Below are positions 25,601 to 39,879 of a DNA stretch of 64,000 nucleotides, in pieces (the stretch's first letter is position 1; each line of letters begins with the position of its first letter). Under the pieces are notes generated by a model. It saw nothing but the letters and a program-made list of their open reading frames with translations. It did not search any database and was not told where the DNA came from. Both the position numbers and the translations under genes were made by a program. Location of the stretch: contig CAVYBH010000001.1 of the NCBI GenBank assembly GCA_963766715.1, positions 64,001 to 128,000 of the forward strand. Reading direction: 5' to 3'. The DNA comes from an uncultured delta proteobacterium (GTDB taxonomy: Bacteria > Myxococcota > Myxococcia > Myxococcales > Anaeromyxobacteraceae).

Positions 25601-26359
25601 TCAGGGCTCGAGGCGGGGCCCTTCCTCGACAATCACCGAGCGCGGGAAGTTGCCGTAGTTCTCCAGGCACTCCCGTGCGGTGCCGCGGACCCAGATGCTG
25701 ACCGTGTGGTGGCCGGCGCCGGTGCGACCGAAGAGCGTGGAGACCGTCACCGGCGAGGAGCCGCCGGTGCTGCTCGGCGGGACGTAGACCACCGCGCGGC
25801 CGCCGCCGCCGTCCCGGTCGGTGTCCGGCTTGCCGTCCACGCGGATCTGGAAGTCGCAGAAGGTGCCCGGCTCGCCCATGGCGTCGACGTGGGTGTTCCA
25901 GCTGAGGAGCACGGTCGAGGTGGCCGAGTTCTTGGTGAAGATGCCGAGGTCGCGCAGGGGGACGTAGCGCGCGGTCACCGAGGAGGTGTCGCTCCCGTCG
26001 GTGTACTCGATGCGCCGGCGGGGCGCGGCCACGTCGGCGACGCGGGTCTCGAGGGTGGACATGCGCTGCTGGGTCTGGCCGTCCTGCTCCACGACCTGGG
26101 TCTTCACCTCGCCGAGCTGCGCCTGCTGCACGAGCGCGGCTCCCTGCAGCGAGGCCTGGGTGCTCTCGACCTGCTTCACCTTCTGGGAGAGCTCCCGCAG
26201 CGCGGCCTCGACGTCGGTGGACTTGAGGTCCGTCCCCTCCGGCGCGAACTGGAGCTGGCGGGCCTGGCGGGGGGCGGAGCCCAGGAACCAGGCGGTCGCG
26301 GGAACGGCGATGGCGGCCCCGAGCGCGAGCCAGGCGAGGATGGTGAGCTTCGCTTTCAT
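25601..26359 (-). CDS. Membrane-anchored/secreted protein with coiled-coil stalk and C-terminal beta domain (CTHRC1-C-like)
   Basis: N-terminal hydrophobic segment, Gln-rich heptad region, beta-rich C-terminus with two Cys. Confidence 0.8.
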   Translation of the reverse strand: MKAKLTILAWLALGAAIAVPATAWFLGSAPRQARQLQFAPEGTDLKSTDVEAALRELSQKVKQVESTQASLQGAALVQQAQLGEVKTQVVEQDGQTQQRMSTLETRVADVAAPRRRIEYTDGSDTSSVTARYVPLRDLGIFTKNSATSTVLLSWNTHVDAMGEPGTFCDFQIRVDGKPDTDRDGGGGRAVVYVPPSSTGGSSPVTVSTLFGRTGAGHHTVSIWVRGTARECLENYGNFPRSVIVEEGPRLEP

Positions 26360-26414
26360 GGTCCGGGCGCGGATTGGAGCACAGGCCCCGGCCGGGAGTC
26401 GAGCCCCGATGGGA

Positions 26415-27404
26415 TCACTTGCCGGCCGGCGCCCGCCCGGCCTGCTCGATCCGCGACAGGACGGCCGGATCCGCGGGAAGGAGCCCCGAGGCCGGGAGCC
26501 GGGGGACGAGGGTCCGCCAGGCCGGATCGAGCGCGTAGGCGCGGGCGAAGAGGGGGAGCGAGCGGTCGACCTGCCCGGCCATGGCGAGGGCGGCCGCGTA
26601 CCAGAACACCACCTCCGCGCTGTCGGGGAGGAGCTTCATGGCCTCCCCGTACTCCCGCTCGGCCGCCGGGACGTCGTTCTTCTCCACGGCCAGGTCGCCG
26701 GCGTTCATGTGCCGGTAGGCGCGGGCCACGTGGAGGAGGCGGCGCAGCTCCTCGAGCGGCCGAGGGTGGTCCTCCACGCGCAGGTCGAAGATCCGGTCGG
26801 CCCAGGGGCGGCCGCTCCGGGCGCCGGGCACGACCACGATGGCGGCCGACTGCTGGCCGCGGATGTCGCCCCCCACCGCCTGCGCGGCCTCGAGCGCCGC
26901 GAGCATGCGCTCGGCCAGGTCGCCCTTCGCGGTCTCGAAGGCCCTGGCCATGGCGGGCCAGACCTTGTCGTTCGCCATGAGGTTCGCCTGGACCGAGTAC
27001 CCCTTGCCCACGTGCTGGCCGGCGGCCTGGATGTCCTTCCTCCCGGTGTGCGCGGCCACGCGCCCCTGCGCGTCGACCATGGCCACCTGCCGGACCTCCC
27101 GCTCCGGGTCGGCGGCGAGGAGGCCGGCGAGCGCGTCGGGGGCGCTGCGCCCGGCCCGCATCAGGTCCAGGCCGAGAGGCCCGTAGCTCGGATCCACGAA
27201 GGACTGGGTGGCGATGGCGCCCACGCCGGCCTCGGCCCAGGGAACGGTCGAGCCGACCGAGAACCAGTGGGACTGCACGGCCACGCCCATCTCGCCGGTG
27301 GCCGGATCGTGGGCCACGATGGAGTAGGTGTGGACGGGGCGGCGCGGCGTCTCGGGAGCGGCGGCGGCGGCCAGGGCGGCGAGCGCGATCGGTGCGAGGA
27401 GCAT
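26415..27404 (-). CDS. DUF1028 (Ntn-hydrolase-like) protein with signal peptide and C-terminal TPR
   Basis: HTYSIVAHDPATGEMGVAVQS, GAIATQS, GGDIRGQQSAA, DLRVEDHPRP. Confidence 0.88.
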   Translation of the reverse strand: MLLAPIALAALAAAAAPETPRRPVHTYSIVAHDPATGEMGVAVQSHWFSVGSTVPWAEAGVGAIATQSFVDPSYGPLGLDLMRAGRSAPDALAGLLAADPEREVRQVAMVDAQGRVAAHTGRKDIQAAGQHVGKGYSVQANLMANDKVWPAMARAFETAKGDLAERMLAALEAAQAVGGDIRGQQSAAIVVVPGARSGRPWADRIFDLRVEDHPRPLEELRRLLHVARAYRHMNAGDLAVEKNDVPAAEREYGEAMKLLPDSAEVVFWYAAALAMAGQVDRSLPLFARAYALDPAWRTLVPRLPASGLLPADPAVLSRIEQAGRAPAGK

Positions 27405-27430
27405 GGCCGGAGTGTATACCGGGGAGCGCC

Positions 27431-28060
27431 ATGCCCCACGACCGCTCCGCCGCCTGGGCCCTCCTCGCCGAGTTCACGCCGTCCCAGCCGCTGCGCCGTC
27501 ACGCGCTGTCGGTGGAGGCCACCATGCGGGAGCTGGCCCGGAGCCGCGGCGTGTCCGACCCGGCCGAGGTCGAGACCTGGGGCGTGGTCGGCCTGCTGCA
27601 CGACTTCGACTACGAGCGGTTCCCGACCGAGGCGGACCACGTCTGGCGCGGGATGGAGATCCTCCGGGAGCGGGGCTGGCCGGAGCCGGTGATCCGCGCC
27701 GTGGGCGCCCACGCCTTCTACACCGGCATCGAGCGGGTCGCGCCCGTCGAGAAGGCCATCCTGGCCGCCGACGAGCTCTCCGGGTTCGTGGGCGCGTGCG
27801 CGCTCGTCCGCCCCTCGAAGCGCATCGCCGACGTGCCCGTGGAGTCGGTGGTGAAGAGGATGAAGGAGAAGGCCTTCGCCCGCTCGGTGGACCGCGGCTA
27901 CATCACGCGCGGCGCCGAGGAATGGGGGACGCCGCTTCCCGAGCTGGTGGCGCTCGTCCTGCGCGCGCAGGTGGCCATCGCGGCGACGCTCGGGCTCGAC
28001 GGCTCGCCCGCGGCCGATCTCCCGGACTCGCCCGTCCCGCCGGTCCCGCCGGCCCCGTAG
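27431..28060 (+). CDS. HD-domain phosphohydrolase
   Basis: RRHALSVEA, GLLHDFDYE, ADELSGF, KAFARSVDR. Confidence 0.88.
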   Translation: MPHDRSAAWALLAEFTPSQPLRRHALSVEATMRELARSRGVSDPAEVETWGVVGLLHDFDYERFPTEADHVWRGMEILRERGWPEPVIRAVGAHAFYTGIERVAPVEKAILAADELSGFVGACALVRPSKRIADVPVESVVKRMKEKAFARSVDRGYITRGAEEWGTPLPELVALVLRAQVAIAATLGLDGSPAADLPDSPVPPVPPAP

Positions 28061-28152
28061 GATCCGGGAGCACGCGCATCCGGGGACTGCACCTCGGGGA
28101 GCGCCCCCGCGGCGGCACGGGCCAGCCGGCGGGGAAGGCGAACCGGGAACGG

Positions 28153-29415
28153 CTACCCGTCCTTCGCCTGCCCACCCCGTCGCAGGAACGCCGGGATGTC
28201 GTACTGGTCGTCCTCGCCGGGCGTGTACGGCCCGACGTCGCGGGAGGCGCGGACCGGGGCGGTGCGGGGGCGAGGCGCCGGAGCCGGCTCCTCGGGCGGC
28301 GCCACCGCGCGCGACGGCGCCGGGCGGGCCGGCATCGAGCGAGGCTCCGCGGCGGTGCGCGCTGCGGGGGGAGCGGGGGAGGGGCTTCCCGGCGCGCGGC
28401 CACCACCGAGCACCGGCAGGGCCGCCTGGCGGGGGATGCCGCCGCGGGGGCGCGCGCCCTCGGCCTTGGCGAAGCCGGTGGCGATGACGGTGATCTTCAC
28501 CTCGCCGTCCATCCGCTCGTCGACGACCGAGCCGAAGATGATGTTGGCGTCGGGATCGGCGGCGGCCTGGGCCATCGACACGGCCTCGTCGACCTCGTGG
28601 AGCGTCAGCGAGGCGCCGCCGGTGATGTTCACCAGCAGTCCCATGGCGCCGTCGAGGGTGACGTCCTCGAGGAGCGGGGAGCTGATGGCGGCCTGCATGG
28701 CCTCGGTGGCGCGGTTCGGCCCGGAGGAGCGTCCCGTTCCCATGAGCGCCATGCCCTGCTCGGCCATGATGGTGCGCACGTCGGCGAAGTCGACGTTGAC
28801 GAGGCCGTGCACGGTGATCAGGTCGGAGATGCCCTGGACCGCGTGGAGCAGCACCTCGTCGGCCCGCTTGAAGGCGTCGGCGAGCGACATGCTCTCGCCG
28901 GCCACGGAGAGCAGCCGCTGGTTGGGGATGACGATGAGCGTGTCCACCGCCGCCCGCAGCTCCTCGATGCCGGCCTCGGCCTGCTTGCGGCGGCGGTTGC
29001 CCTCGAAGAGGAAGGGCTTCGTCACCACGCCCACGGTGAGCGCGCCGGCCTGCTTGGCGATGTCGGCGATGATCGGGGCGCCGCCGGTGCCGGTGCCGCC
29101 CCCCATGCCGGCGGTGACGAACACCATGTCGGCCCCGGCGAGGACCTCGGCGATGGCGTCCTTCACCTCGAGCGCGGAGTCGCGGCCGCGGTCGGGGTTG
29201 GCCCCGGCGCCCAGGCCCCGGGAGACGCTCTTGCCCAGCTGGAGCTTGGTGTGCGCCTTGTTGGCGGCGAGCGCCTGCACGTCGGTGTTGGCGGCGATGA
29301 ACTCCACGCCCTCCAGCCGTCCGGCCACCATGGTGTTGATGGCGTTGCCTCCGCCACCCCCCACGCCGATGACCTTGATCTTCGCGGCCGTTTCCTTGCT
29401 GTCGAAGTCGATCAT
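28153..29415 (-). CDS. ftsZ: Cell division protein FtsZ
   Basis: [30 protein letters not shown]-terminal DIPAFLR. Confidence 0.98.
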   Translation of the reverse strand: MIDFDSKETAAKIKVIGVGGGGGNAINTMVAGRLEGVEFIAANTDVQALAANKAHTKLQLGKSVSRGLGAGANPDRGRDSALEVKDAIAEVLAGADMVFVTAGMGGGTGTGGAPIIADIAKQAGALTVGVVTKPFLFEGNRRRKQAEAGIEELRAAVDTLIVIPNQRLLSVAGESMSLADAFKRADEVLLHAVQGISDLITVHGLVNVDFADVRTIMAEQGMALMGTGRSSGPNRATEAMQAAISSPLLEDVTLDGAMGLLVNITGGASLTLHEVDEAVSMAQAAADPDANIIFGSVVDERMDGEVKITVIATGFAKAEGARPRGGIPRQAALPVLGGGRAPGSPSPAPPAARTAAEPRSMPARPAPSRAVAPPEEPAPAPRPRTAPVRASRDVGPYTPGEDDQYDIPAFLRRGGQAKDG

Positions 29416-29432
29416 GTCGGGTCCCCTGGGGG

Positions 29433-30662
29433 CTAGAAGATCTCGCCCAGCCATTCCTTCATCCGGTTCTTGACCTTGCGGTAGACGTTCTCCTCGCGGA
29501 TCTTGAAGTACGGGCTGCCCGCTCCCTGCTGGGCGCCGTAGATCACCAGTCCGACCGCGGTGGCGTACATCGGGCTCTTCACCACGTCGACGAGGCCGCC
29601 GATGCCCCGGGGCATCCCCCGGCGGACCGGCACGCCGAGGACCTCCTCGGCCATCTCGGTCATCCCGGCGAGCAGGGTGGACCCGCCGGTGATCACCACG
29701 CCGGAGGCGATGCCCTCCTCGACGCCGCACTTCTGGATCTCGTGCTGGACCAGCATGAAGATCTCCTCCACGCGAGGCTCGATGATCTCGGCGACGATCT
29801 GCCGGGAGAGCACGCGGGGCTGGCCGCCGCCGACGCTGGGGACCTCGATGGTCTCGCCGCGGTCGACCATGTTCGCCATGGCGCAGCCGTAGGCCTTCTT
29901 GATGCGCTCGGCCTCGTGGGTGGGCGTGCGCAGCCCGACGGCCACGTCGTTCGTGAGGTGGTTGCCGCCCAGCGCCAGCACCGCCGTGTGGCTGATGGCG
30001 CCGTTCGTGAAGATGGCGATGTCGGTGGTGCCGCCGCCGATGTCCACCAGGCAGACGCCCAGCTCCTTCTCGTCGTCGGACAGGGTGGCGAGCGAGCTGG
30101 CCAGCGGCTGCAGCACGATGTCGGCCACGTTGAGGCCGGTGCGCTGCGCGCACTTGACGATGTTCTGCGCCGAGGAGACCGCGCCGGTCACGATGAGCGC
30201 CTTCGCCTCCAGGCGGACGCCGCTCATGCCCACCGGCTCCCGGACCCCGTCCTGGTCGTCGACGAGGAACTCCTGGGGCAGGACGTGGATGACCTCGCGG
30301 TCGAGCGGGATGGCCACGGCCTTGGCCTGGTCGATCACGCGATCCACGTCCGACTGCCGGACCTCCTTCTCCTTGATGGCCACCACCCCGTGCGAGGGGA
30401 AGGCCTTCACGTGGCCGCCGGCGATGCCGGTGTAGACCGTGGTGATCTCGCACCCGGCCATGTGCTCGGCCTCCTCGATGGCCCGCTTGATCGAGGCGAC
30501 CGTGGCGTCGATGTTGACCACCACGCCCTTCCGCAGCCCCTTGGAAGGGTGCGTCCCGATGCCGATGATGTCGATGCCCTCGTCGGTGACCTCGCCGACG
30601 ATTGCGCAGATCTTGGTGGTCCCGATGTCGAGACCGACCAGGATGTCCCCAGTCTTCGCCAT
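29433..30662 (-). CDS. ftsA: Cell division protein FtsA
   Basis: [30 protein letters not shown]. Confidence 0.98.
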   Translation of the reverse strand: MAKTGDILVGLDIGTTKICAIVGEVTDEGIDIIGIGTHPSKGLRKGVVVNIDATVASIKRAIEEAEHMAGCEITTVYTGIAGGHVKAFPSHGVVAIKEKEVRQSDVDRVIDQAKAVAIPLDREVIHVLPQEFLVDDQDGVREPVGMSGVRLEAKALIVTGAVSSAQNIVKCAQRTGLNVADIVLQPLASSLATLSDDEKELGVCLVDIGGGTTDIAIFTNGAISHTAVLALGGNHLTNDVAVGLRTPTHEAERIKKAYGCAMANMVDRGETIEVPSVGGGQPRVLSRQIVAEIIEPRVEEIFMLVQHEIQKCGVEEGIASGVVITGGSTLLAGMTEMAEEVLGVPVRRGMPRGIGGLVDVVKSPMYATAVGLVIYGAQQGAGSPYFKIREENVYRKVKNRMKEWLGEIF

Positions 30663-30665
30663 GTC

Positions 30666-31583
30666 CTACCTCCTAGCGAGTGGCGCATCGCGCCCACGCC
30701 GCCGACCCGGGCCCTCTCGGACCCCTTCCACCCTCGCCGGAGCGGGCCTCCCGCCCGCACCGTCCTGCACGCCGCCCGCGCCCGACAGCCGGACTGCCAC
30801 CCGATCCGGGTGGTTCCGATCGTCGAGGTGAATCACCTCGGCCTTGCGACCCTCGGCGCGGAGCGCCTCGAGAACGCGATGCAGCCGGCCGAGCTTCTGC
30901 GGCAGGTCCCCCTGACCGAGGCGGACCTGCGTTCCCTCGTCGCCGACGTAGAGGGTGACCCCCCAGTCGTCGTCGAGGTGAATCTCCTGGACGGGCGCGA
31001 GCGGGACGAGCCCCTCGCGCGCGTACTCGTCGAGCAGGGCCAGCGCCCCGCGCAGCCGCGCCTCGACCACCGCGCGCCGCTGGGAGTAGTCGTCCCGCCC
31101 GAAGCCGGTCACGACCGGCAGGTCCAGCCCGTCGCCGGCGGCGGCGCGCTTGAAGACCTGCGCGTCGCGGTCGACGAGGTAGGTGCCGCCCAGGTCGACG
31201 AGCGCGCGGGGCTCCCGCTCGGTGACGGTGATCTCGAGGGCCGGGGGAAGCCGCCGCCGGACGACCGCGGTGGCCACCCAGGGGTGCCGGGACGCGGCCC
31301 GCTCCACCGCGTCGACGTCGGCCGCGAGCAGGTTGTCGCCCGGCTTCACCGGCGAGAGGGCCTCGATCTCCGACGCGGCGGCGCGCGAGGCGCCGACCAC
31401 CCGGATCGAGGCGATGCGCAGCGCTTCACCCTTGGTGACGTAGCCCCAGCCGGTGATCACGGCGGCGCCGAGTCCGACGGCGCCGAGGCCCCACAGCGCC
31501 GCGAGCGTGAGCCCATGGCGAAGGGCTCCCGGAGGGGCCTTGGGCCCCGGGTCCACACGTCGCCTGTTGCGCGCCCGCGCCAC
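30666..31583 (-). CDS. ftsQ: Cell division protein FtsQ/DivIB
   Basis: Basic N-terminus, TM, POTRA (HPWV…VRRRLP…ITVTEREP). GGAGG 8 nt before GTG 31583. Confidence 0.9.
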   Translation of the reverse strand: MARARNRRRVDPGPKAPPGALRHGLTLAALWGLGAVGLGAAVITGWGYVTKGEALRIASIRVVGASRAAASEIEALSPVKPGDNLLAADVDAVERAASRHPWVATAVVRRRLPPALEITVTEREPRALVDLGGTYLVDRDAQVFKRAAAGDGLDLPVVTGFGRDDYSQRRAVVEARLRGALALLDEYAREGLVPLAPVQEIHLDDDWGVTLYVGDEGTQVRLGQGDLPQKLGRLHRVLEALRAEGRKAEVIHLDDRNHPDRVAVRLSGAGGVQDGAGGRPAPARVEGVREGPGRRRGRDAPLARR

Positions 31584-31758
31584 CGCCACCGCCTCCCTGC
31601 CCCCAGCCCGACCACGCCGCTTGCGGGCGGTATCGCCCAACTCGGCAGAATGCCCGAGCGGGCAATCCTGTCCAGTAATTTCAAGGTCCCACGGGGGCGG
31701 GACGATGTCAGACCCCCCGCTTGGGGCTGGCCGGGACGAGGGCCCGCGGGTGCGGCGC

Positions 31759-32697
31759 TCAGGCCTTCAGCGAGGCGCCCTCGAGCAGCCTCTCGCAGAG
31801 GTCCGGGAAGGTGATGCCCTTGCCCGCCGCAATCTTCGGGACGAGCGAGGTCCCGGTCATGCCGGGCAGGGTGTTCACCTCGAGGATGAAGGGGGTCCCG
31901 TCGGCGGCCACGATGAAGTCGACGCGGGCCGCGCCGGCGCAGCCGAGCGCGCGATAGGCCGTCCCGGCGTCCGTGCAGACCCGCCCGGTGACCTCCGGCG
32001 AGAGGCGGGCCGGGAAGAAGTACTGGGTCGACCCGGGGGTGTACTTGGCCACGTAGTCGTAGAACTCCCGGGACGGCACCATCTCGATGGCGCCGAGCGG
32101 CTCCCCGTCGAGGACGGCGACGTTCACCTCCTGGCCCCGGAGGTACTGCTCGACGATGACGTCGCCCTGGAACGACGCGGCGTCCGAGAGGGCCGGGGCG
32201 AGCTGGCCCGGCTCCTTGACGACGTGGACGCCGACCGAGGAGCCCTCGCAGGCGGGCTTCACCACGGCCGGGAGCCCGAAGGGCAGGTCGGCCACGGTCA
32301 CCGACGCGGCCCGCGAGCGAGGGAAGACCCGGTAGGGGGCGAGCGACAGCCCCGCGTCGCGGAAGACCAGCTTGGAGATCACCTTGTCCATCCCCATGGC
32401 CGAGGCCAGGACGCCGGAGCCGGTGTACGGGATCCCCATCGACTCGAGCAGCCCCTGCGCGCAGCCGTCCTCCCCGAAGCGCCCGTGGAGGGCCAGGAAC
32501 GCGACCTCCGCCCCGCAGGCCCGCAGCCGCTCGGGCAGGTCGAGCCCGGCGTCGACGAGCGTCACGTCGAGCCCGCGGGAGCGCAGCGCCTCGGCGCAGG
32601 CCTCGCCGGTCTTGAGCGACACCTCCCGCTCGGCGGACCTCCCGCCGTAGAGCACCGCGACCTTCTTCCCGATCCAGCGACCCATGACGACCTCCAT
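31759..32697 (-). CDS. ddl: D-alanine--D-alanine ligase
   Basis: GGRSAEREVSL, LHGRFGEDG, EGSSVG, EVNTLPGMT. Confidence 0.97.
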   Translation of the reverse strand: MEVVMGRWIGKKVAVLYGGRSAEREVSLKTGEACAEALRSRGLDVTLVDAGLDLPERLRACGAEVAFLALHGRFGEDGCAQGLLESMGIPYTGSGVLASAMGMDKVISKLVFRDAGLSLAPYRVFPRSRAASVTVADLPFGLPAVVKPACEGSSVGVHVVKEPGQLAPALSDAASFQGDVIVEQYLRGQEVNVAVLDGEPLGAIEMVPSREFYDYVAKYTPGSTQYFFPARLSPEVTGRVCTDAGTAYRALGCAGAARVDFIVAADGTPFILEVNTLPGMTGTSLVPKIAAGKGITFPDLCERLLEGASLKA

Positions 32698-32700
32698 CGT

Positions 32701-33642
32701 TCAGGGATGCTCGTCCGGCGCGAACGCGCCGGCGAGCCGTACCTCGAGCTCCAGCTCCACGCCGAAGCGCTCCCGGACCCGCGATCCGCGCCAGCCGGAT
32801 GAGCGCGAGGCAGTCGCGGGCCGTGGCCCGGCCCAGGTTCACCACGAAGTTGGCGTGGAGGTCCGACCACATGGCGTTGCCTTCCCGGTGCCCCTTCAGG
32901 CCGGCGGCCTCGATGAGCCGGCCGGCGTGGTCGCCCGGCGGGTTGCGGAAGGTCGAGCCCCAGGTCGGCCAGCCCAGCGGCTGGGTGCGCCTGCGATGGG
33001 CCATGTCCGCCTCCATGGCGGCGCGGCTCGCGGCCACGTCGCCCTGGCGGAGGCGGAAGGTGACCCGGGTCACCACCGAGCGGGGAGGGAGCCGGCAGGT
33101 GCGGTAGGCGAAGCCGAGCGCGCTCGCGGGCAGGAGCCGGAGCCCGCCGGGCGTGGCGACCTCGACCGCCTCCACCACGTCCTTCATCTCGCCGATGCGC
33201 GTCCCCGCGTTCATCGCCGCCGCCCCGCCCAGCGTGCCGGGGATGCCGGCGGCGAACTCGCAGCCCACCAGGCCCGCGGCCTGGGCCCGCTGCACGAGGC
33301 GGGAGACCGGCGCGCCCGCCGAGAGCACGAGCCGCTCGCCGTCCTCCGACTCCTCGCCGAAGTCGAGCGGGAGCCGGACCACCACGCCGCGGATGCCCGC
33401 GTCGGCGACGAGGAGGTTCGCGCCCCCGCCCAGCACGAGCAGGGGCACGTCGCGCGCCGCGCAGGCGGAGAGCAGCGAGACCAGGTCGGCCGGGTCCTCC
33501 GGCCGGACGAGCAGGTCGGCGGGCCCGCCCACGCGGATGGAGGTGCGGGGCGCCATGGCCGCGTCCCGGGTGCACTCCCCGCGAACCGCGGCCTCCACCT
33601 CCGCCACCCACGCGGGCGCGGGGCCCGGGCGCGGGCGGTCGG

Positions 33643-33646
<4 letters not shown>
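32701..33646 (-). CDS. murB: UDP-N-acetylmuramate dehydrogenase; frameshift near 32790
   Basis: [43 protein letters not shown]. Confidence 0.95.
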
Positions 33647-36173
<2,527 letters not shown>

Positions 36174-36177
<4 letters not shown>

Positions 36178-37339
36178 GAGGCGCTCCCGGCCGCAGCGGC
36201 CATCCGCGGCGCGCGCTGCGCCCGCAGGAAGCCTCCCTGGCCGCCGCTCACCGAGAGCAGCATCCCGGCCGCGGCCAGCATGGTCATGAGCGAGCTGCCT
36301 CCGTAGGAGACGAAGGGGAGCGTGAGCCCCTTCGTCGGGAGCAGCCCCAGCACCACCGCCAGGTTCACCAGCGCCTGGGAGGCGACGAGCGTGGTGAGCC
36401 CGAGGGCGAGGTAGCAGCCGAAGGGGTCCGGGGCCGACCAGGTGGCGCGGAACCCGCGCCAGGTCAGCAGCGCGAAGAGCAGGCACAGGAGCGACATGCC
36501 CGAGCAGCCCCGTCTCCTCGGCGATGACGGCGGCGATGAAGTCGGTGTGGGCCGCCGGCAGGTAGAAGAGCTTGCCCTTCCCCTCGCCGAGCCCCTGGCC
36601 CAGCCACCCGCCGTTGCCGATCCCGAGCAGCGACTCGACGATCTGGAACCCGATGCCGTCGCGGTGCTGCCACGGGTCGAGGAACGCGGTGATGCGGGCC
36701 ATCCGGTAGGGCGTTCCGGCCACGAGCTTCCAGCCGATGGGGATGGCGAGCAGGAGCGCGCCCACCAGGTAGCCGAGCTTCACGCCCCCGGCGAAGAGCA
36801 TGACGAAGAGGACCAGCAGGAGGATGACGGCCGTGCCCAGGTCCTTCTCGAGCGAGCACCAGCGCCACCAGCAGCCCGGTCACCGCCACGTGGGGCAGGA
36901 AGCCGATGGAGAACATCTTCACCCGCTCCTTCTTCCGGGAGAGCGAGCGGGCCAGGTACAGCACGAGCGCCACCTTGGCGGCCTCGGCGGGCTGGAAGCG
37001 GATGAAGCCCAGGTCGATCCAGCGCCGGGCCCCGCCGGCCACCTTGCCGATGCCCGGCACGAGCACCAGCACGAGCGCCACGGTGACGGCGAGGAGGAGC
37101 GGGACGGCCAGCGACTCGAGGCGCCGGTAGCCCAGCTGGACGAAGAAGAGGAGCAGCGCGAGCCCGATGCCGGCCGACACCAGCTGCCGCTTGAGGTAGT
37201 AGAACTGATCGTGAACCCTGGCCTCCGCGGTCACGGCGCTCGCCGAGTAGACCATCACCAGCCCGATGCCGGTGAGGAGGAGCACCGAGGCCAGCAGCCA
37301 GGGATCGAGGGGCGGGACCAGGCGGGCGCGGCGGCTCAC
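36174..37339 (-). CDS. ftsW: SEDS peptidoglycan glycosyltransferase FtsW; frameshifts near 36850 and 36500
   Basis: [45 protein letters not shown]. Confidence 0.95.
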
Positions 37340-37354
37340 GGTGCGTGTCGTCGC

Positions 37355-38727
37355 TCATGGCGCGCGCGCCTCCGAGGCGAGCCGGCGGAAGGTCTCGCCC
37401 CGCTCCTCGTAGTCCCGGAACTGATCGTAGCTCGCGCAGGCCGGGGAGAGGAGCACCACGTCGCCCGGCCCGGCGAGGCGGGCGGCGCGGGCCACGGCGG
37501 TGGCGGAGGTCGCCGCAGGACTCGGTGGGGCCGAGGTCGCCGAGCTCGCGCTCGATGGCCGGGCGCGTCCTCGCCCAGCGTGAGGAGCGCCTTCACGCGC
37601 CCCGGGAAGAGCGGGCGGAGCGGGGCGTAGGGAGCCTTCTTCCCGCGGCCGCCCAGCAGGAGGATCACCGACGGCTTCCCGTCCGGGAAGGCGGCGAGGC
37701 CGACGACGGTCGAGTCGACGTTGGTGGCCTTGGAGTCGTTCACCCACTCCACGCCGCCGCGCTCGGCCACCAGCTCGAGCCGGTGGGGGAGGCCGGGGAA
37801 CAGGTCGAGGCCGCGCTGCACCTTCGGGCCCGGGACGCCCATCAGGCGGGCGAGCGCGATGGCCGCCATGGCGTTCTCCCGGTTGTGGCGGCCGCGCAGG
37901 GCGCGGTTCTTGACCTGGTAGCGCTCCGGATCGCCGGAGGGGCCGGTCCACCGGACCACCTCGCCGTCGTCCCGCGCCGCCATGGGGGCCCGGGGGCCGA
38001 ATCCGAAGGTGATGACCTCGCCGCGGGTGGAGCGGGCGGCGGCCATCGCGCGCGGGTCGCGCTCGTTGGCGACGGCCAGGTCGCCCGGCTGCTGGTTCTC
38101 GAAGAGGCGCGCCTTGGCGGCCCCGTAGGCGTCCATGCCGGGGTAGCGGTCGAGGTGATCGGGCGTCACGTTCAGGATGGCGCCGACCCGGGGGCGGAAC
38201 CGCTCGATCCCCTCCAGCTGGAAGGACGAGAGCTCGAGGACCACCGCCTCCACCGGCGCGCCGGAGAGGGGGAGCTCGGAGAGCGGCGTGCCCAGGTTCC
38301 CGCCCACGAAGGTGCGGCGGTCCTCCTGGAAGAGGGCCCCGGCGAGCGCCGTGGTGGTGCTCTTGCCGTTCGTGCCGGTGATGGCCACCACCGGGAGGTC
38401 CCCGAGGAAGCGGGAGGCGAGCTCGACCTCGCCCAGCACCGGGACGCCGGCGCGCCGGGCCGCCGCGAGCTCCGGCAGCGAGAGCGGGACGCCCGGGGAG
38501 ATCACCACCAGGTCGCTTCCGGTGAAGTCGCGCTCGTCGTGGCCGCCCAGCGCGAAGGAGACCCCCGCGCCGCCCAGGGCGCCGACCTCGGCGGCCACCT
38601 CGGTGGCGACCCGCCGGTCGGTGACCGTGACCCGGGCGCCCTGGCGCGCGCACAGGCGCGCCGCCGCGGAGCCGCTCCGCGCCAGCCCGACCACGAGGAC
38701 CTTCTTTCCGGAGAGATCGATGGCCAT
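37355..38727 (-). CDS. murD: UDP-N-acetylmuramoyl-L-alanine--D-glutamate ligase; two frameshifts near 37560 and 37505
   Basis: [47 protein letters not shown]. Confidence 0.95.
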
Positions 38728-38736
38728 CTTCCTTTC

Positions 38737-39879
38737 CTAGCGGAGCTTCAGCGACATGAGCGCGACCAGTGCCAGCATGATGGAGGCGATCCAGAAGCGC
38801 ACGATGATCTTGGGTTCCGCGATCCCCTCCAGCTCGAAGTGGTGGTGGATGGGGGCCATGCGGAACACCCGGCGGCCCGTGGTGCGGAACGAGGCCACCT
38901 GGACGATGACGCTCACCGCCTCGGCCAGGAAGACCCCGTTCAGGATGGCCGACGCGAACTCGTTCTTGGTGAGCACGGCCAGCATGCCCAGCGCGCCTCC
39001 CAGCGCGAGCGAGCCCACGTCGCCCATGAACATCGAGGCCGGGTAGGTGTTGAACCACAGGAAGGCGATCCCGGCGCCGGCCATGGCGGCGCAGAAGACC
39101 CCCATCTCCTGGGCGCCGTGCACCGGGGGGATGCCCAGGTAGGCGGCCAGGCTGAACCCGGCCACGGTGGTGCCGGCCACGTAGGACAGCGCCAGGAAGG
39201 CCATCGACGAGACGATCGAGGGGCCGATGGCGAGCCCGTCGAGCCCGTCGGTGAGGTTCACGGCGTTGGAGGTGCCGACCACCACGAGCAGCATGAAGGG
39301 GACGTAGGCCCAGCCCAGGTTCCAGTCGAAGTGGCGCGTGGGGACGAAGGGGAGGGTGACGTGGGTGTCGAGGAAGGTGCCCACGGTGAGGAAGGGGAAG
39401 GTGGCGCCGAGCTGGAAGTTCCAGTCGGTCAGGAAGACCAGGTAGACGGCCAGGACGATGAGCGTCTGCCAGACGAGCTTCTGCCGGCCGGGAAGCCCCT
39501 TCGAGTTCCGCTTCGAGATCTTGAGGTAGTCGTCGGCGAAGCCCACCGCCCCGTAGCCCACGGTGACGAGCAGGACCGCCCAGACCAGCCGGCTGCGCAG
39601 GTCGGCGAAGAGCAGCGTGGCGGCGACCAGCGCGAGCAGGATGAGCGCGCCGCCCATCGAGGGCGTGCCGGTCTTCCGCTTGTGCCCCTCCGGCGTGTCC
39701 TCGCGGACGTTCGAGACCCCGTACTGGAGACGGCGCATCCGCTCGATGAACCAGGGGCCGAGCAGCAGGCCCAGGACCATGGCGGTGAGGCCCGCGGCCA
39801 CGATGCGGAAGGACGGATACCGCAGGACGTTCAGCACCGTGAAGCGCTGCGCCAGCGGGTAGAGGAGGAGGTAGAGCAT
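38737..39879 (-). CDS. mraY: Phospho-N-acetylmuramoyl-pentapeptide transferase
   Basis: [41 protein letters not shown]. Confidence 0.98.
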   Translation of the reverse strand: MLYLLLYPLAQRFTVLNVLRYPSFRIVAAGLTAMVLGLLLGPWFIERMRRLQYGVSNVREDTPEGHKRKTGTPSMGGALILLALVAATLLFADLRSRLVWAVLLVTVGYGAVGFADDYLKISKRNSKGLPGRQKLVWQTLIVLAVYLVFLTDWNFQLGATFPFLTVGTFLDTHVTLPFVPTRHFDWNLGWAYVPFMLLVVVGTSNAVNLTDGLDGLAIGPSIVSSMAFLALSYVAGTTVAGFSLAAYLGIPPVHGAQEMGVFCAAMAGAGIAFLWFNTYPASMFMGDVGSLALGGALGMLAVLTKNEFASAILNGVFLAEAVSVIVQVASFRTTGRRVFRMAPIHHHFELEGIAEPKIIVRFWIASIMLALVALMSLKLR

